From positions 2,236 to 66,235 of the forward strand of contig JAUVWW010000004.1 in assembly GCA_030603885.1 (NCBI GenBank): a DNA stretch of 64,000 nucleotides, in the 5' to 3' direction. Position numbers and translations under genes: made by a program. Below are positions 46,661 to 56,457 of the stretch, in pieces. Source of the stretch: a bacterium (GTDB taxonomy: Bacteria; Patescibacteriota; JABMPQ01; JAUVWW01). Every line of letters starts with the position of its first letter. The first letter of the stretch is position 1. The notes below the pieces were generated by a model that had not been told where the DNA came from, did not search any database, and worked only from the letters and a program-made list of their open reading frames with translations.

Positions 46661-47125
46661 ATGTTTGATATTCCCCAATTAACCGTGATTTTTACAGCTA
46701 TGCTTCCTATCTCGGAGCTTAGGGGAGCCATACCGCTGGCTTTAGGAGTTTATAAGATGTCAGTACCTCAAGCTTATCTCTTTGCGGTTTTAGGGAACAT
46801 TATTCCAGTCATCTTTCTTCTTTGGTTTCTTGAGCCTGTGTCTAAGTTTTTAATGAAGCGTTCCACTATATTTAATAAGTTTTTTACTTGGCTTTTTGAA
46901 AGAACAAGAAGAAAACACAAAAAAGCAATTCAAAAATGGGGACCAGTGGCTTTAATTCTCTTTGTAGCTATTCCCCTTCCTATAACTGGGGGATGGACTG
47001 GTTCTGTGGCTGCCTTTGTTTTTGGAATTCCATTTAAAAAAGCTTTGCCTTTGATTTTTTTAGGAATATTAATTGCTGGAGTTATTGTTACTTTGGCTAG
47101 TTTAGGAGTAATCAAATTCTTTTAA
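46661..47125 (+). CDS. Small membrane protein of the putative small-multidrug-export family (PF06695-like)
   Basis: MLPISELRGAIPLALG...AVLGNIIPV matches that family's N-terminal consensus. Four TM helices. Confidence 0.5.
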   Translation: MFDIPQLTVIFTAMLPISELRGAIPLALGVYKMSVPQAYLFAVLGNIIPVIFLLWFLEPVSKFLMKRSTIFNKFFTWLFERTRRKHKKAIQKWGPVALILFVAIPLPITGGWTGSVAAFVFGIPFKKALPLIFLGILIAGVIVTLASLGVIKFF

Positions 47126-47141
47126 CTTATAACTTATCACC

Positions 47142-47903
47142 ATGCGTAAACCAATTATTATTGGCAACTGGAAAATGAATCTAAATTTAGAAGATGCTCG
47201 AAGGCTTATTGTTGAGCTTAGACAGGGATTTATCGATGTCGATGAGAGAAAAATTGATATAGTAGTTTGTCCTGCCTTTGTCCATCTTCAAGGAGTAAAT
47301 TTTCAGTTACCTGTAAATATTAAATTGGGAGCTCAAGATGTATTTTGGAAAGAAAGAGGAGCTTACACCGGCGAAGTTTCTCCACTTATGCTTAAAGATA
47401 TTGGTGTGAGATATGTGATAGTAGGACATTCAGAAAGAAGGAAAAATGTTCAAGAAACTGATGAAATGATAAATAAAAAAATAGAGGCTGCATTATCCCA
47501 AAAACTTTTTCCTGTCCTTTGTGTAGGCGAGACTAAAGAAGAAAGAGAAAAGAATTTAACAGATTCGATAATTACAGAACAAGTAACTAAAGACCTAGAA
47601 GGAATTAAAGCTTCTTCCTTAGAAAAGATCATCATTGCCTATGAACCAGTATGGGCTATTGGCTCAGGAAAAACTCCTCGCGGAGAGGATGCTAATAAAG
47701 TAGCCAAATTAATTAGAAAAGTAATAGAAGAAAGATATTCTAAAGATCAAGCAGACAAAGTCAGAATTCTTTATGGAGGGAGTGTTGATCAAAGGAATAT
47801 AAAAGAGTTTATAGATCAGCCCCAAATAGACGGGGCTTTGGTAGGGGAGGCTTCACTTAGTGCTAATAAGTTTATAAAGATAGTGGAGCAGGTAATTAAA
47901 TAA
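47142..47903 (+). CDS. tpiA: Triosephosphate isomerase
   Basis: IIGNWKMN at the N-terminus, and AYEPVWAIGSGKT. Confidence 0.9.
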   Translation: MRKPIIIGNWKMNLNLEDARRLIVELRQGFIDVDERKIDIVVCPAFVHLQGVNFQLPVNIKLGAQDVFWKERGAYTGEVSPLMLKDIGVRYVIVGHSERRKNVQETDEMINKKIEAALSQKLFPVLCVGETKEEREKNLTDSIITEQVTKDLEGIKASSLEKIIIAYEPVWAIGSGKTPRGEDANKVAKLIRKVIEERYSKDQADKVRILYGGSVDQRNIKEFIDQPQIDGALVGEASLSANKFIKIVEQVIK

Positions 47904-47905
47904 TA

Positions 47906-48754
47906 ATGCTGGCTTCTTCAAAAGAATTATTAGAAAAAGCACAAAGACAAGGTTATAGTCTGGGTGCTTTTAATACCTCAGCTATTCCTATTACTAAGGC
48001 AATTTTTTCTGCGGCAGAGAAATTAAAATCACCTGTAATTATTCAAACCTCAGAAGGAGAATCAAAGTTTGGCAAGATTGGCTGTATTTTAGCTTTTCTT
48101 TTACAATGTGCTAAAGAAGCCTCTGTTCCTTGTCTGATTCACCAGGATCATTGTAGAAACTTTGAAATGGCTAAAAAATGTATTGAAAGTGGTTATCAGT
48201 CTATTCTAGCTGATGGTTCAGCTTTGCCTTACGATGAAAATGTAGCCTATACCAAGAAGGTAGCTGACCTAGCTCATGCCAAGGGTATCTTTGTAGAGGG
48301 AGAGTTAGGAGCGGTTGGACGGGGATCTACTTTTCATAAAGGAGAGATTCCTAAAACAGAAATGACTGATCCAGATCAAGCAGTTGATTTTGTTAAAAAA
48401 ACGGGGGTAGATAGTCTGGCTATTTCTTTTGGTAATATTCATGGAGTTTACGAAAAACCACCCCAGCTAGATTTTGAAAAACTCAAAGCTATTAGAGCCA
48501 AGCTTGATATTCCTTTGGTTTTGCACGGCTCATCGGGCATCAAAGATGAAGATATTAAAAAAGCCATCTCCTTAGGCATCTCCAAAATAAATGTTAATAC
48601 CAATCTTCGCATGGCTTTTGCTAATGCTTTAAGAAAATCATTAGCCGATCCAGAAGCTATTGTTCCATATAAATACATGGCTCCTGCAGAGGAAGCAGTG
48701 CAGGAAGTAGTGGAGAAGAAGATAGAGTTGTTTGGGAGTGCTGGCAAGATGTAA
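47906..48754 (+). CDS. fba: Class II fructose/tagatose-bisphosphate aldolase
   Basis: N-terminal LLEKAQRQGYSLGAFN, and metal-ligand regions HQDHC and LHGSSG. Confidence 0.8.
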   Translation: MLASSKELLEKAQRQGYSLGAFNTSAIPITKAIFSAAEKLKSPVIIQTSEGESKFGKIGCILAFLLQCAKEASVPCLIHQDHCRNFEMAKKCIESGYQSILADGSALPYDENVAYTKKVADLAHAKGIFVEGELGAVGRGSTFHKGEIPKTEMTDPDQAVDFVKKTGVDSLAISFGNIHGVYEKPPQLDFEKLKAIRAKLDIPLVLHGSSGIKDEDIKKAISLGISKINVNTNLRMAFANALRKSLADPEAIVPYKYMAPAEEAVQEVVEKKIELFGSAGKM

Positions 48755-48905
48755 TTTAAAATCTCTTCTAAAATGAAAAACGTCTGAAAAGGGCGATTTT
48801 TATTTAGGCTTGTAATTTTGTTTAAAATAAGGTAAAATAATATAAGAGGTGTCTAAATCAGTTTTTATAAATATAAAGATAAAATAACAAATTAAGGAGA
48901 AAAAT

Positions 48906-49916
48906 ATGCCTAAAAAAATCGCTATCAATGGTTTTGGACGGATTGGCCAGCAAACCTTTCAGGTGGCCTTTGAGCGACCTGATTTAGAGATCGTGGCTAT
49001 TAACGATTTAACAGACAATCAGATTTTAGCCTATCTTTTGAAGCATGATTCAGTTTACGGCACTTATGAAAAAGATGTCAAAGCTACTGAAGACAGCTTA
49101 ATTGTAGAGGGCAAGAAAATTCAAGCTTCAGCTCAGCCTGATCCAGAAAAATTACCTTGGAAAGATTTGGGAATTGATATTGTTTTAGAATGCACAGGAT
49201 TTTTTACAGAGAAGGAAGGAGCAGAAAAACATCTCAAAGCTGGAGCAAAAAAAGTGATTATCTCTGCACCCTCTAAATCAGAGGATGTGCCCCATTTTGT
49301 AATGGGATGCAACCAAGAAAAATTCGATTCTAAGAAAGACACCATTATTTCTAATTGTTCTTGTACTACCAATGCTATAGCTCCAGTAGTTAAAGTATTA
49401 AATGACCAGTTTGAAATTGTTAAAGGATTGTTTACTACTATCCATAGCTATACTTCGACACAAAATATAGTGGATGGACCATCAAAAAAAGATCCCCGTC
49501 GAGGCAGAGCTGCTGCTCTAAATTTGGTTTTGACAAGCACGGGAGCTGCTAAAGCTGTGGTAAAAGTTATACCTGAGCTAGAAGGAAGATTAGACGGGGT
49601 AGCAGTGCGTGTGCCGACTCCTACAGTTTCCTTAGTAGATCTCACCGCTCATGTTACCAAGCCTACTTCAAAAGAAGAAGTTAATGATCTATTTAAAAAG
49701 GTAGCTAAGGAATCCATGAAAGGTGTTATTGGTGTTTGTGACGAGCCTTTGGTTTCTGTTGATTTTCGTAAAGATCCTCGCTCAGCTATAATTGATTTAC
49801 CTTCTACTATGGTGGAGGGAGAAAACTTGGTTAAAGTGCTAGCTTGGTATGATAATGAATGGGGCTATGCTGTGGGGCTGGTGAATATGACAGAATATGT
49901 GGCAAAGAAAATGTAA
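48906..49916 (+). CDS. gap: Glyceraldehyde-3-phosphate dehydrogenase
   Basis: INGFGRIG Rossmann motif and the active-site SNCSCTTN. Confidence 0.9.
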   Translation: MPKKIAINGFGRIGQQTFQVAFERPDLEIVAINDLTDNQILAYLLKHDSVYGTYEKDVKATEDSLIVEGKKIQASAQPDPEKLPWKDLGIDIVLECTGFFTEKEGAEKHLKAGAKKVIISAPSKSEDVPHFVMGCNQEKFDSKKDTIISNCSCTTNAIAPVVKVLNDQFEIVKGLFTTIHSYTSTQNIVDGPSKKDPRRGRAAALNLVLTSTGAAKAVVKVIPELEGRLDGVAVRVPTPTVSLVDLTAHVTKPTSKEEVNDLFKKVAKESMKGVIGVCDEPLVSVDFRKDPRSAIIDLPSTMVEGENLVKVLAWYDNEWGYAVGLVNMTEYVAKKM

Positions 49917-49930
49917 AATAAAATATAAAA

Positions 49931-51142
49931 ATGAATAAGAAAACAGTTAAAGATATTGACGTAAAAGGAAAGACAGTTCTTGTTCGGGTCGATTTTAATG
50001 TTCCTTTGAGAGAAGTAAAAAGAGCCAAGATTGCTCCAGCCAAGGTTTTTGAGGTGGCTGATGATACAAGGATAATTAAGACTTTGCCTACCATAGATTA
50101 TTTATTAGACCAGGAAGCTAAAGTAGTAATGATATCTCATCTTGGAAGGCCAAAAGGAAGAGATCCAAATCTGAGCCTTCTTGCTGTAGCTGATCACCTT
50201 GGAGCCTTGCTTAAAAAGCCAGTTAAATTTGTTTCCGATTGTATTGGAAAGGAAGTAGAAGAAGCAGTGAAAGCAATGAAAGCCGGTGATATTATTCTTT
50301 TAGAGAATACTCGTTTTTACCCTCAAGAGGAAAAGAACGATCCAGACTTTGCTCAAAAACTAGCTTCTCTAGCAGATATTTTTGTTAATGATGCCTTTGC
50401 CACGGCTCACCGGTCTCATGCCTCGACAGTTGGAGTGACAAAATATTTGCCTTCGGTAGTTGGACTTTTGATGGAGAAAGAAGTGATTGAGTTGACTGAA
50501 GTAATAGAAAGTCCTGAACATCCCTTTGTAGGAATTATTGGCGGAGCCAAAATCTCTTCTAAGATGGGAGTGATTGAGAATCTGTTAAAAAAAGTAGATA
50601 CACTTTTGCTTGGTGGGGCTCTAGCTAATACCGTACTAAAAGCCAAAGGTTTTGAAGTAGGTAAATCATTGATTGAAAAAGAGATGGTAGATAAAGCAAA
50701 AGAAAGCTCAAGAGATGAAAAGCTTAAAATTTTAGTTGATGCAGTTGTAGCTTCAGAGCCCAAAGAGGAAGCCCAAGCCTCTATGGTTGGTATAGACAGA
50801 GTACCAAAAGATCAGTGGATTTTGGATATTGGACCAAAGACTGTTGAATTTTATAAAAATATTATTCAAGAAGCTCAAACCATTATTTGGAATGGACCTA
50901 TGGGCATGTTTGAGATAGAAACTTTTGCTCAAGGAACCAATGGAATAGCCAAAGCTATCGTAGAAAGTGGAGCTTCTAAAATAGTTATAGGTGGTGGGGA
51001 GACATTACAAGCCATTATTAAATATTATAAGCCTTTAGCTTTAGCCAACAGAAGAATTCATGTTTCCACTGGCGGAGGAGCTATGCTTGAGTTTTTGGAA
51101 GGAAAGAAATTACCAGCCATTGAGGCTTTACAAGATAAATAA
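49931..51142 (+). CDS. pgk: Phosphoglycerate kinase
   Basis: RVDFNVP, and a C-terminal GGGA...E nucleotide site. Confidence 0.9.
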   Translation: MNKKTVKDIDVKGKTVLVRVDFNVPLREVKRAKIAPAKVFEVADDTRIIKTLPTIDYLLDQEAKVVMISHLGRPKGRDPNLSLLAVADHLGALLKKPVKFVSDCIGKEVEEAVKAMKAGDIILLENTRFYPQEEKNDPDFAQKLASLADIFVNDAFATAHRSHASTVGVTKYLPSVVGLLMEKEVIELTEVIESPEHPFVGIIGGAKISSKMGVIENLLKKVDTLLLGGALANTVLKAKGFEVGKSLIEKEMVDKAKESSRDEKLKILVDAVVASEPKEEAQASMVGIDRVPKDQWILDIGPKTVEFYKNIIQEAQTIIWNGPMGMFEIETFAQGTNGIAKAIVESGASKIVIGGGETLQAIIKYYKPLALANRRIHVSTGGGAMLEFLEGKKLPAIEALQDK

Positions 51143-51149
51143 ATAAATT

Positions 51150-52406
51150 ATGCCTAAAATAAAAACCATCCATGCTCGAGAAATTTTGGATTCTCGTGGA
51201 AATCCTACTTTAGAAGTTGAAGTTACTTTAGATGATGGCACAAAGGGAGTGGCTGCTGTACCCTCTGGAGCCTCAACAGGAAAATTAGAGGCTTTAGAAT
51301 TAAGAGATGGTGATCCCAAGCGATATGATGGGAAAGGTGTACTTAAAGCAGTTGACAATGTCAATTCTTTTTTGCGCACAAAACTAGAAGGATTTGAGAT
51401 AACAGAACAGAGAAAAATAGACCAGACCATGATAGAAGCAGATGGAACAGAAAACAAATCAAAATTAGGAGCCAATGCTATTTTGGGTATTTCTTTGGCT
51501 TGTGCTCACGCAGCTGCTAAAGTTCAAAAATTAGAGTTATACGAGTACATTGCCAAATTATTTAAACTTCGAAGTTCAAACTTTCTACTTCCCACCCCCA
51601 TGATGAATATCTTCAACGGAGGCAAGCACGCTGATACAAATTTAGATTTTCAAGAGTTTATGGTTGTTCCCCTTAGTCCTAGCTCTTTCAAAGAAAAAGT
51701 TAGAGTAGGGGCAGAGATTTTTCATAAGCTAGCCGAAGTTTTATCAAGCGAAGGATTAGACACAGATGTTGGTAATGAGGGAGGATATGCACCTGATATT
51801 GAATCAACTAATCAAGCTATAGAGATGATCTTGAAGGCCATAGAAAAAGCAGGCTACAAACCTGGCCAAGATGTTTCCTTGGCTGTTGATGCCGGAGCAT
51901 CAACCCTTTATAAAAAAGATGAAGACCGATATGTCTTGAGTTTAGAAAAAACTTCTTTAACCTCAGAACAGTTAATCGCTCTATATAATGAATGGATTCG
52001 AAAATATCCCTTTATTATAATGGAGGATCCGCTCGATGAGGAGGATTGGGAGGGCTGGAAAAAAATAACAGAAAAGTTCGGAGACAGAGTAAAAATAGTA
52101 GGTGATGACTTATTAGTAACCAATGTTAAGCGCCTTGAGCGAGCTGTTAAAGAAAAGGCTTGTAATTCTATTCTTATTAAGCTTAATCAAATAGGAACTC
52201 TAACCGAGACTTTAGATTGTATAAAAAAGGCTAAAAAAGCTAATTTTGAAACTATTATTTCTCACCGTTCTGGTGAGACTATAGATACTACCATTGCCGA
52301 TTTAGCAGTAGGGACAAAGGCTGGATGGATTAAAACAGGAGCGCCGTCGAGAGGAGAAAGGGTGTGTAAGTATAATAGATTGATGGAGATAGAAGAAAAG
52401 ATTTAG
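51150..52406 (+). CDS. eno: Enolase
   Basis: N-terminal ILDSRGNPT and the C-terminal IKxNQIGTLTET / SHRSGET signature. Confidence 0.95.
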   Translation: MPKIKTIHAREILDSRGNPTLEVEVTLDDGTKGVAAVPSGASTGKLEALELRDGDPKRYDGKGVLKAVDNVNSFLRTKLEGFEITEQRKIDQTMIEADGTENKSKLGANAILGISLACAHAAAKVQKLELYEYIAKLFKLRSSNFLLPTPMMNIFNGGKHADTNLDFQEFMVVPLSPSSFKEKVRVGAEIFHKLAEVLSSEGLDTDVGNEGGYAPDIESTNQAIEMILKAIEKAGYKPGQDVSLAVDAGASTLYKKDEDRYVLSLEKTSLTSEQLIALYNEWIRKYPFIIMEDPLDEEDWEGWKKITEKFGDRVKIVGDDLLVTNVKRLERAVKEKACNSILIKLNQIGTLTETLDCIKKAKKANFETIISHRSGETIDTTIADLAVGTKAGWIKTGAPSRGERVCKYNRLMEIEEKI

Positions 52407-52421
52407 AGCTAAGATATCTCT

Positions 52422-53990
52422 ATGAAAAAATACAAACCAGTCGTTTTAGTAATCTTAGATGGTTGGGGTATTGGCCCTCCTTCCGAAGGAAATGCTATTA
52501 GCTTAGCCAATACTCCTAATTTTGATGATTTAGTCCGGCATTATCCTCATTCGGTTATTACCGCTTCCGGTGAAGCAGTAGGACTTTCTTGGCAGGAAGT
52601 AGGAAATTCCGAAGTGGGGCATATGAATATTGGATCAGGTAGGGTGGTTTATCAACATCTGCCTCGTATTTCTAGATCCATTACCGATGGTTCGTTTTTT
52701 AAAAATGAAGCTTTCTTGCATGCCACAGAGCATGTAAAAAAGAATAATTCTAAGCTACATCTTTTGGGGATGGTCAGTGTGGGAGGGGTGCACAGCCACT
52801 TGGAACATTTATATGCTCTGCTTGAGCTTGCTAGAAGACAGGGTATAAAGAAGGTCTATGTTCATGCTATAACTGATGGCCGAGATGTGCCCAGAGATTC
52901 AGGCGTTAACTTTATTTCTGAACTAGAAGGGAGAATAAAAGATATTGGAGTAGGTAAAATTGCCACTGTTTGTGGAAGATATTGGTCTATGGACAGGGCA
53001 GAACATTGGGATCGGACCAAAAAAGGCTATGATTTAATGGTGGAAGGAAAAGGAGAAGAGTTCACTTCGGCTAAAGAAGCTTTAGAAGACTCTTATAAGA
53101 AAGAAGTCTTTGATGAGGAGTTAGAGCCGAAAATTATAGATAAAGAAGGTTTGGTGCGTGATAACGATGCTATTATATACTTTAACTTTCGTGCTGATAG
53201 AACAAAACAGCTAACCAAAGCTTTTATTTTACCTAGCTTTGGGAGGTTTAAAAGAAAGAAACTTGAGAGTCTCTTTTTTGTGACTATGACAGAATATGAG
53301 AGGGAGTTACCAGTTGAGGTTGCCTTTTCTGAGATAGAAATGAAAAATACTTTACCTGAGATAATATCTAAAGCTGGACTAAAGCAACTTCATATAGCTG
53401 AAACAGAAAAATATGCTCATGTTACTTTCTTTTTTGCTTGTGGAAGGCTTAAAACTTATTCTGGGGAAGACAGAGAGATAATTTCTTCTCCTGAAGTAGC
53501 CTCATACGATCAGCAGCCTGAGATGTCTGCTTTTGAGGTGACTGAAAAACTAGTAAAGTTAATCAATACTGCAAAGTACGATTTTGTAGTGATAAATTAT
53601 GCTAATTGCGATATGGTAGGCCATACTGGAAATATTCCTGCAGCTAGAGAAGCAGCAGAAGCTGTGGATGATTATCTAGGTAGAGTAGTCAAAGCTGTCC
53701 TAGATTTAGAAGGAGCTTTAGTGGTTATTTCCGATCATGGAAATGCAGAGATAATGAGAGATCCGATAACAGGAAAGATGAATAAAGAACATTCCACTAA
53801 TCCAGTTCCCTTTTTAGTAATATCAAATAATAGAAGAAAAGAGATTGAGCCAGGCGAAGTAGTCTCCACTGATTTATCTATTTTAGCTCCTATTGGAGTG
53901 CTGGCTGATGTAGCTCCTACTATTTTAGATTTAATGGATCTGAAAAAACCGAAGGAGATAACGGGGATAAGTTTGTTGCCTATGGTATAA
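52422..53990 (+). CDS. gpmI: 2,3-bisphosphoglycerate-independent phosphoglycerate mutase
   Basis: iPGM family: LVILDGWG, the phosphoserine region, and C-terminal metal-binding DHGN. Confidence 0.9.
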   Translation: MKKYKPVVLVILDGWGIGPPSEGNAISLANTPNFDDLVRHYPHSVITASGEAVGLSWQEVGNSEVGHMNIGSGRVVYQHLPRISRSITDGSFFKNEAFLHATEHVKKNNSKLHLLGMVSVGGVHSHLEHLYALLELARRQGIKKVYVHAITDGRDVPRDSGVNFISELEGRIKDIGVGKIATVCGRYWSMDRAEHWDRTKKGYDLMVEGKGEEFTSAKEALEDSYKKEVFDEELEPKIIDKEGLVRDNDAIIYFNFRADRTKQLTKAFILPSFGRFKRKKLESLFFVTMTEYERELPVEVAFSEIEMKNTLPEIISKAGLKQLHIAETEKYAHVTFFFACGRLKTYSGEDREIISSPEVASYDQQPEMSAFEVTEKLVKLINTAKYDFVVINYANCDMVGHTGNIPAAREAAEAVDDYLGRVVKAVLDLEGALVVISDHGNAEIMRDPITGKMNKEHSTNPVPFLVISNNRRKEIEPGEVVSTDLSILAPIGVLADVAPTILDLMDLKKPKEITGISLLPMV

Positions 53991-54115
53991 AGGCCTCGGG
54001 TATGTCTCAAAAAGACGCAGTCTCGCTGACGCTCGCCGCTCAGGTCTCGGCCTCACTTCGTTCGGCCTCCGACATGCTTTTTTCGGCACACCTCTCGGCC
54101 CTAAATTCAAAATTT

Positions 54116-55117
54116 ATGTATGATGCAATCACAATTGGTGGTGCCACTTTTGACATCTTTATGAAAAGTGAGAAATTTAGAGTGGTGCCAGGAGAAGATA
54201 TTGCTGTCTCTGATGTTCCCATGCTCTGCCTGATTCATGGAACAAAGCTTGTGATAGAGGAAGCCTATTTTGAGATTGGTGGCGGAGGTACTAATGTAGC
54301 TTGCGGTTTAGCTAATTTAGGGCTGAAGGTAGCTTTTGAAGGAGTGGTGGGTAAGGATTTGGAAGGAAAAAGAGTATTAGAATTGCTTAGGAAAAGAAAA
54401 GTGGACACTCAGATGGTTTCTTCATCAGACAAACAGAAAACTGCTTTATCAGTTATTTTATATAGAGAAAGAGAACGTACTATTTTAACCTACAGAGGAA
54501 TAAGTGATTATTTAACCAAGGATCTAGTCGATTGGAAAAAGCTAGCTAAAACAAAATGGCTTTTTGTTTCCCATTTGTCTGGTAAATCGCATAATCTTCT
54601 TAAGGAAATAATTAAATTAAAGGTTAAAAATCCCCAAATAAAAATTGCTTGGAATCCAGGATCAACTCAACTAGAAAAAGGAATTAAAGAACTTTCTAAG
54701 TTTTTAGCATGCACTGATGTCTTGATTGTAAATAAAGAAGAGGCAGAAAGATTAACCAAGATTAAGATTGAGAATCCCAAAGGACTAAAGATGAAAAGTT
54801 TTAGACCTTTATTTGAAAAATTAACTGTCTTGGGTCCCAAAATTATTGTTATAACCAGTGGCAGGCGAGGAGCCCAAGCTTATGATCAGGGCAAAATTTA
54901 TTCCTATCCTGCTTTGCCAGTAAAAATTATAGCTAATATTGGTGCTGGAGATGCTTTTTGTTCTGGATTTCTAGCCGCTGTCATTTTAGGAAAAAGCGTT
55001 GAAGAAGCTTTGCGCTGGGGAATAGCCAATGGAGCATTGTGCATTACAAAGTATGGGACACAAGTTGGACTACTTAATAAAAAAGAGATAAAAAAATGGG
55101 CAAAAAAACTAATATGA
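54116..55117 (+). CDS. PfkB-family carbohydrate kinase (ribokinase/phosphofructokinase-like)
   Basis: N-terminal MYDAITIGGATFD (the PfkB GG motif) and C-terminal GAGDAF. Start moved to 54116. The 38-codon upstream extension in the ORF track is GC-rich and atypical in codon usage. Confidence 0.65.
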   Translation: MYDAITIGGATFDIFMKSEKFRVVPGEDIAVSDVPMLCLIHGTKLVIEEAYFEIGGGGTNVACGLANLGLKVAFEGVVGKDLEGKRVLELLRKRKVDTQMVSSSDKQKTALSVILYRERERTILTYRGISDYLTKDLVDWKKLAKTKWLFVSHLSGKSHNLLKEIIKLKVKNPQIKIAWNPGSTQLEKGIKELSKFLACTDVLIVNKEEAERLTKIKIENPKGLKMKSFRPLFEKLTVLGPKIIVITSGRRGAQAYDQGKIYSYPALPVKIIANIGAGDAFCSGFLAAVILGKSVEEALRWGIANGALCITKYGTQVGLLNKKEIKKWAKKLI

Positions 55118-55683
55118 AAATACCAATTGAAATCTCAGCCAGACATATTCACATTTGCCAAGAAGACCTTGAGAGACTTTTTGGAAAAGGGTATAAATTA
55201 AAATTCTTAAAGAAACTTTCCCAAGCTGATGAGTTTGCTGCTCAAGAGACCTTAACTATAGTTGGCCCGAAAGGAAAATTTGAAAATGTCCGGATAGTAG
55301 GTCCTTTTAAAGATCAAACTCAAGTTGAAATCTCTCGGACAGATGGATATAAGCTAGGAGATATTCCTCCTCTTAGGGTCTCAGGCGATGTCACTGGCTC
55401 AGCTCCCATTACCTTAATTGGCCCAAAAGGAAAAGTAGACCTTAAAGAAGGCCTGATTTGTGCTAAAAGACATATTCATATGAGCCTAGACGAAGCAAAG
55501 AAATTTGGAGTAAAACATAGACAGCTTGTTTCTGTAAAAATTTTTGGCAAAAGGACTTTAACTTTTCATGATGTAGTGATAAGAGTTGAACCAGGTTTTA
55601 AGATCGCTCTTCATCTAGATACTGACGAAGCCAATGCTGCTTGGGTGGAGACAGGGGATGAGGGGGAGCTGATTCAACCATAA
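55096..55683 (+). CDS. pduL: Phosphate acyltransferase PduL (PduL-type phosphotransacetylase)
   Basis: Two PduL repeats, each carrying the ARHIH motif (ISARHIHI ... AKRHIHMS). Confidence 0.7.
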   Translation: MGKKTNMKIPIEISARHIHICQEDLERLFGKGYKLKFLKKLSQADEFAAQETLTIVGPKGKFENVRIVGPFKDQTQVEISRTDGYKLGDIPPLRVSGDVTGSAPITLIGPKGKVDLKEGLICAKRHIHMSLDEAKKFGVKHRQLVSVKIFGKRTLTFHDVVIRVEPGFKIALHLDTDEANAAWVETGDEGELIQP

Positions 55684-55697
55684 CTGTGAATAAAAGA

Positions 55698-55723
55698 GCG
55701 GTTTTAAAAGAGACCGCCTTTTT
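55698..55723 (+). terminator. Intrinsic terminator after pduL
   Basis: GCGGT...ACCGC hairpin followed by CTTTTTG. Confidence 0.45.
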
Positions 55724-55815
55724 GTTCTTATTTATAATTTTGTCTCAACCACATCAAAACAAAAAAATAATTGCAAATTTAAAGAGCCATAATCTAAATC
55801 TATGTATAGTCTAGG

Positions 55816-56388
55816 TTATGACTCTTTGTTACTAAGAAAACTGTGTTTTAGAACCTCAAAACCCACAATCTTATCACCTTCTACGTAAAATTCTATACCC
55901 TCGCATGGTTTAAGTCTGCCTCCGATTTCCCCAAGATCAAAATTTTTCTTGAGTATCTTAATAGCTGGGATAAGAGCTCCACCGTGAGAGACAACTAAAA
56001 CCCTTTCGCCATCGGAAATTGTATTTGCTACTCTTTTTATAGTTCGAATTACGCGAAGACCAGTATTTTTTATCATCCTTTGCAGTCTAGGATCAACAAT
56101 CTCGAGAAATGCCCCAAACTCACCATATTTATGTTCCAGTTTCTTAGCCTGTGGTTTCCAAAGATCCTTTTCATCTGGAAGAGTATTAAATCCTTCATCA
56201 ATTTCATACTTTGGAAAACCAAAATATTCCATGGTCTTAAAACAGCGAGGGGGCTCAGCACAAATGTGAGCTGCATATTTATTCTGTTTCAAAATTCTGC
56301 GTATCTGCTTAGCCAATTTAATTCCCTTTGGGGGTATATTGCCTTTTTTGTCTTTTATAGTGTGTATTCTGACTTCTATTATTTTCAT
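55816..56388 (-). CDS. Histidine phosphatase (phosphoglycerate-mutase-like) family protein
   Basis: VVSHGGAL motif and overall size. The N-terminal RHG motif is degenerate (RIHT). Confidence 0.55.
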   Translation of the reverse strand: MKIIEVRIHTIKDKKGNIPPKGIKLAKQIRRILKQNKYAAHICAEPPRCFKTMEYFGFPKYEIDEGFNTLPDEKDLWKPQAKKLEHKYGEFGAFLEIVDPRLQRMIKNTGLRVIRTIKRVANTISDGERVLVVSHGGALIPAIKILKKNFDLGEIGGRLKPCEGIEFYVEGDKIVGFEVLKHSFLSNKES

Positions 56389-56457
56389 ATTTCCTCCTTT
56401 GAAATTAGATAAAAAAATGCTATAATATTGTTATCAGTTTAGCCGAAAAATAAAGTT

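Noticed and set aside
53991-54115. SRP RNA, 6S or tmRNA hypothesis for the GC-rich island
   Set aside because: Neither strand has the GGAA/AGCAGCC domain-IV motifs of SRP RNA, nor a tRNA-like 3' end for tmRNA. It is dominated by direct rather than inverted repeats. Kept only as an unexplained anomaly.
54002-54115. N-terminal 38-codon extension of the PfkB kinase as called in the ORF track
   Set aside because: Codon usage (GC-ending codons) is inconsistent with the genome. PfkB homology starts at M54116.
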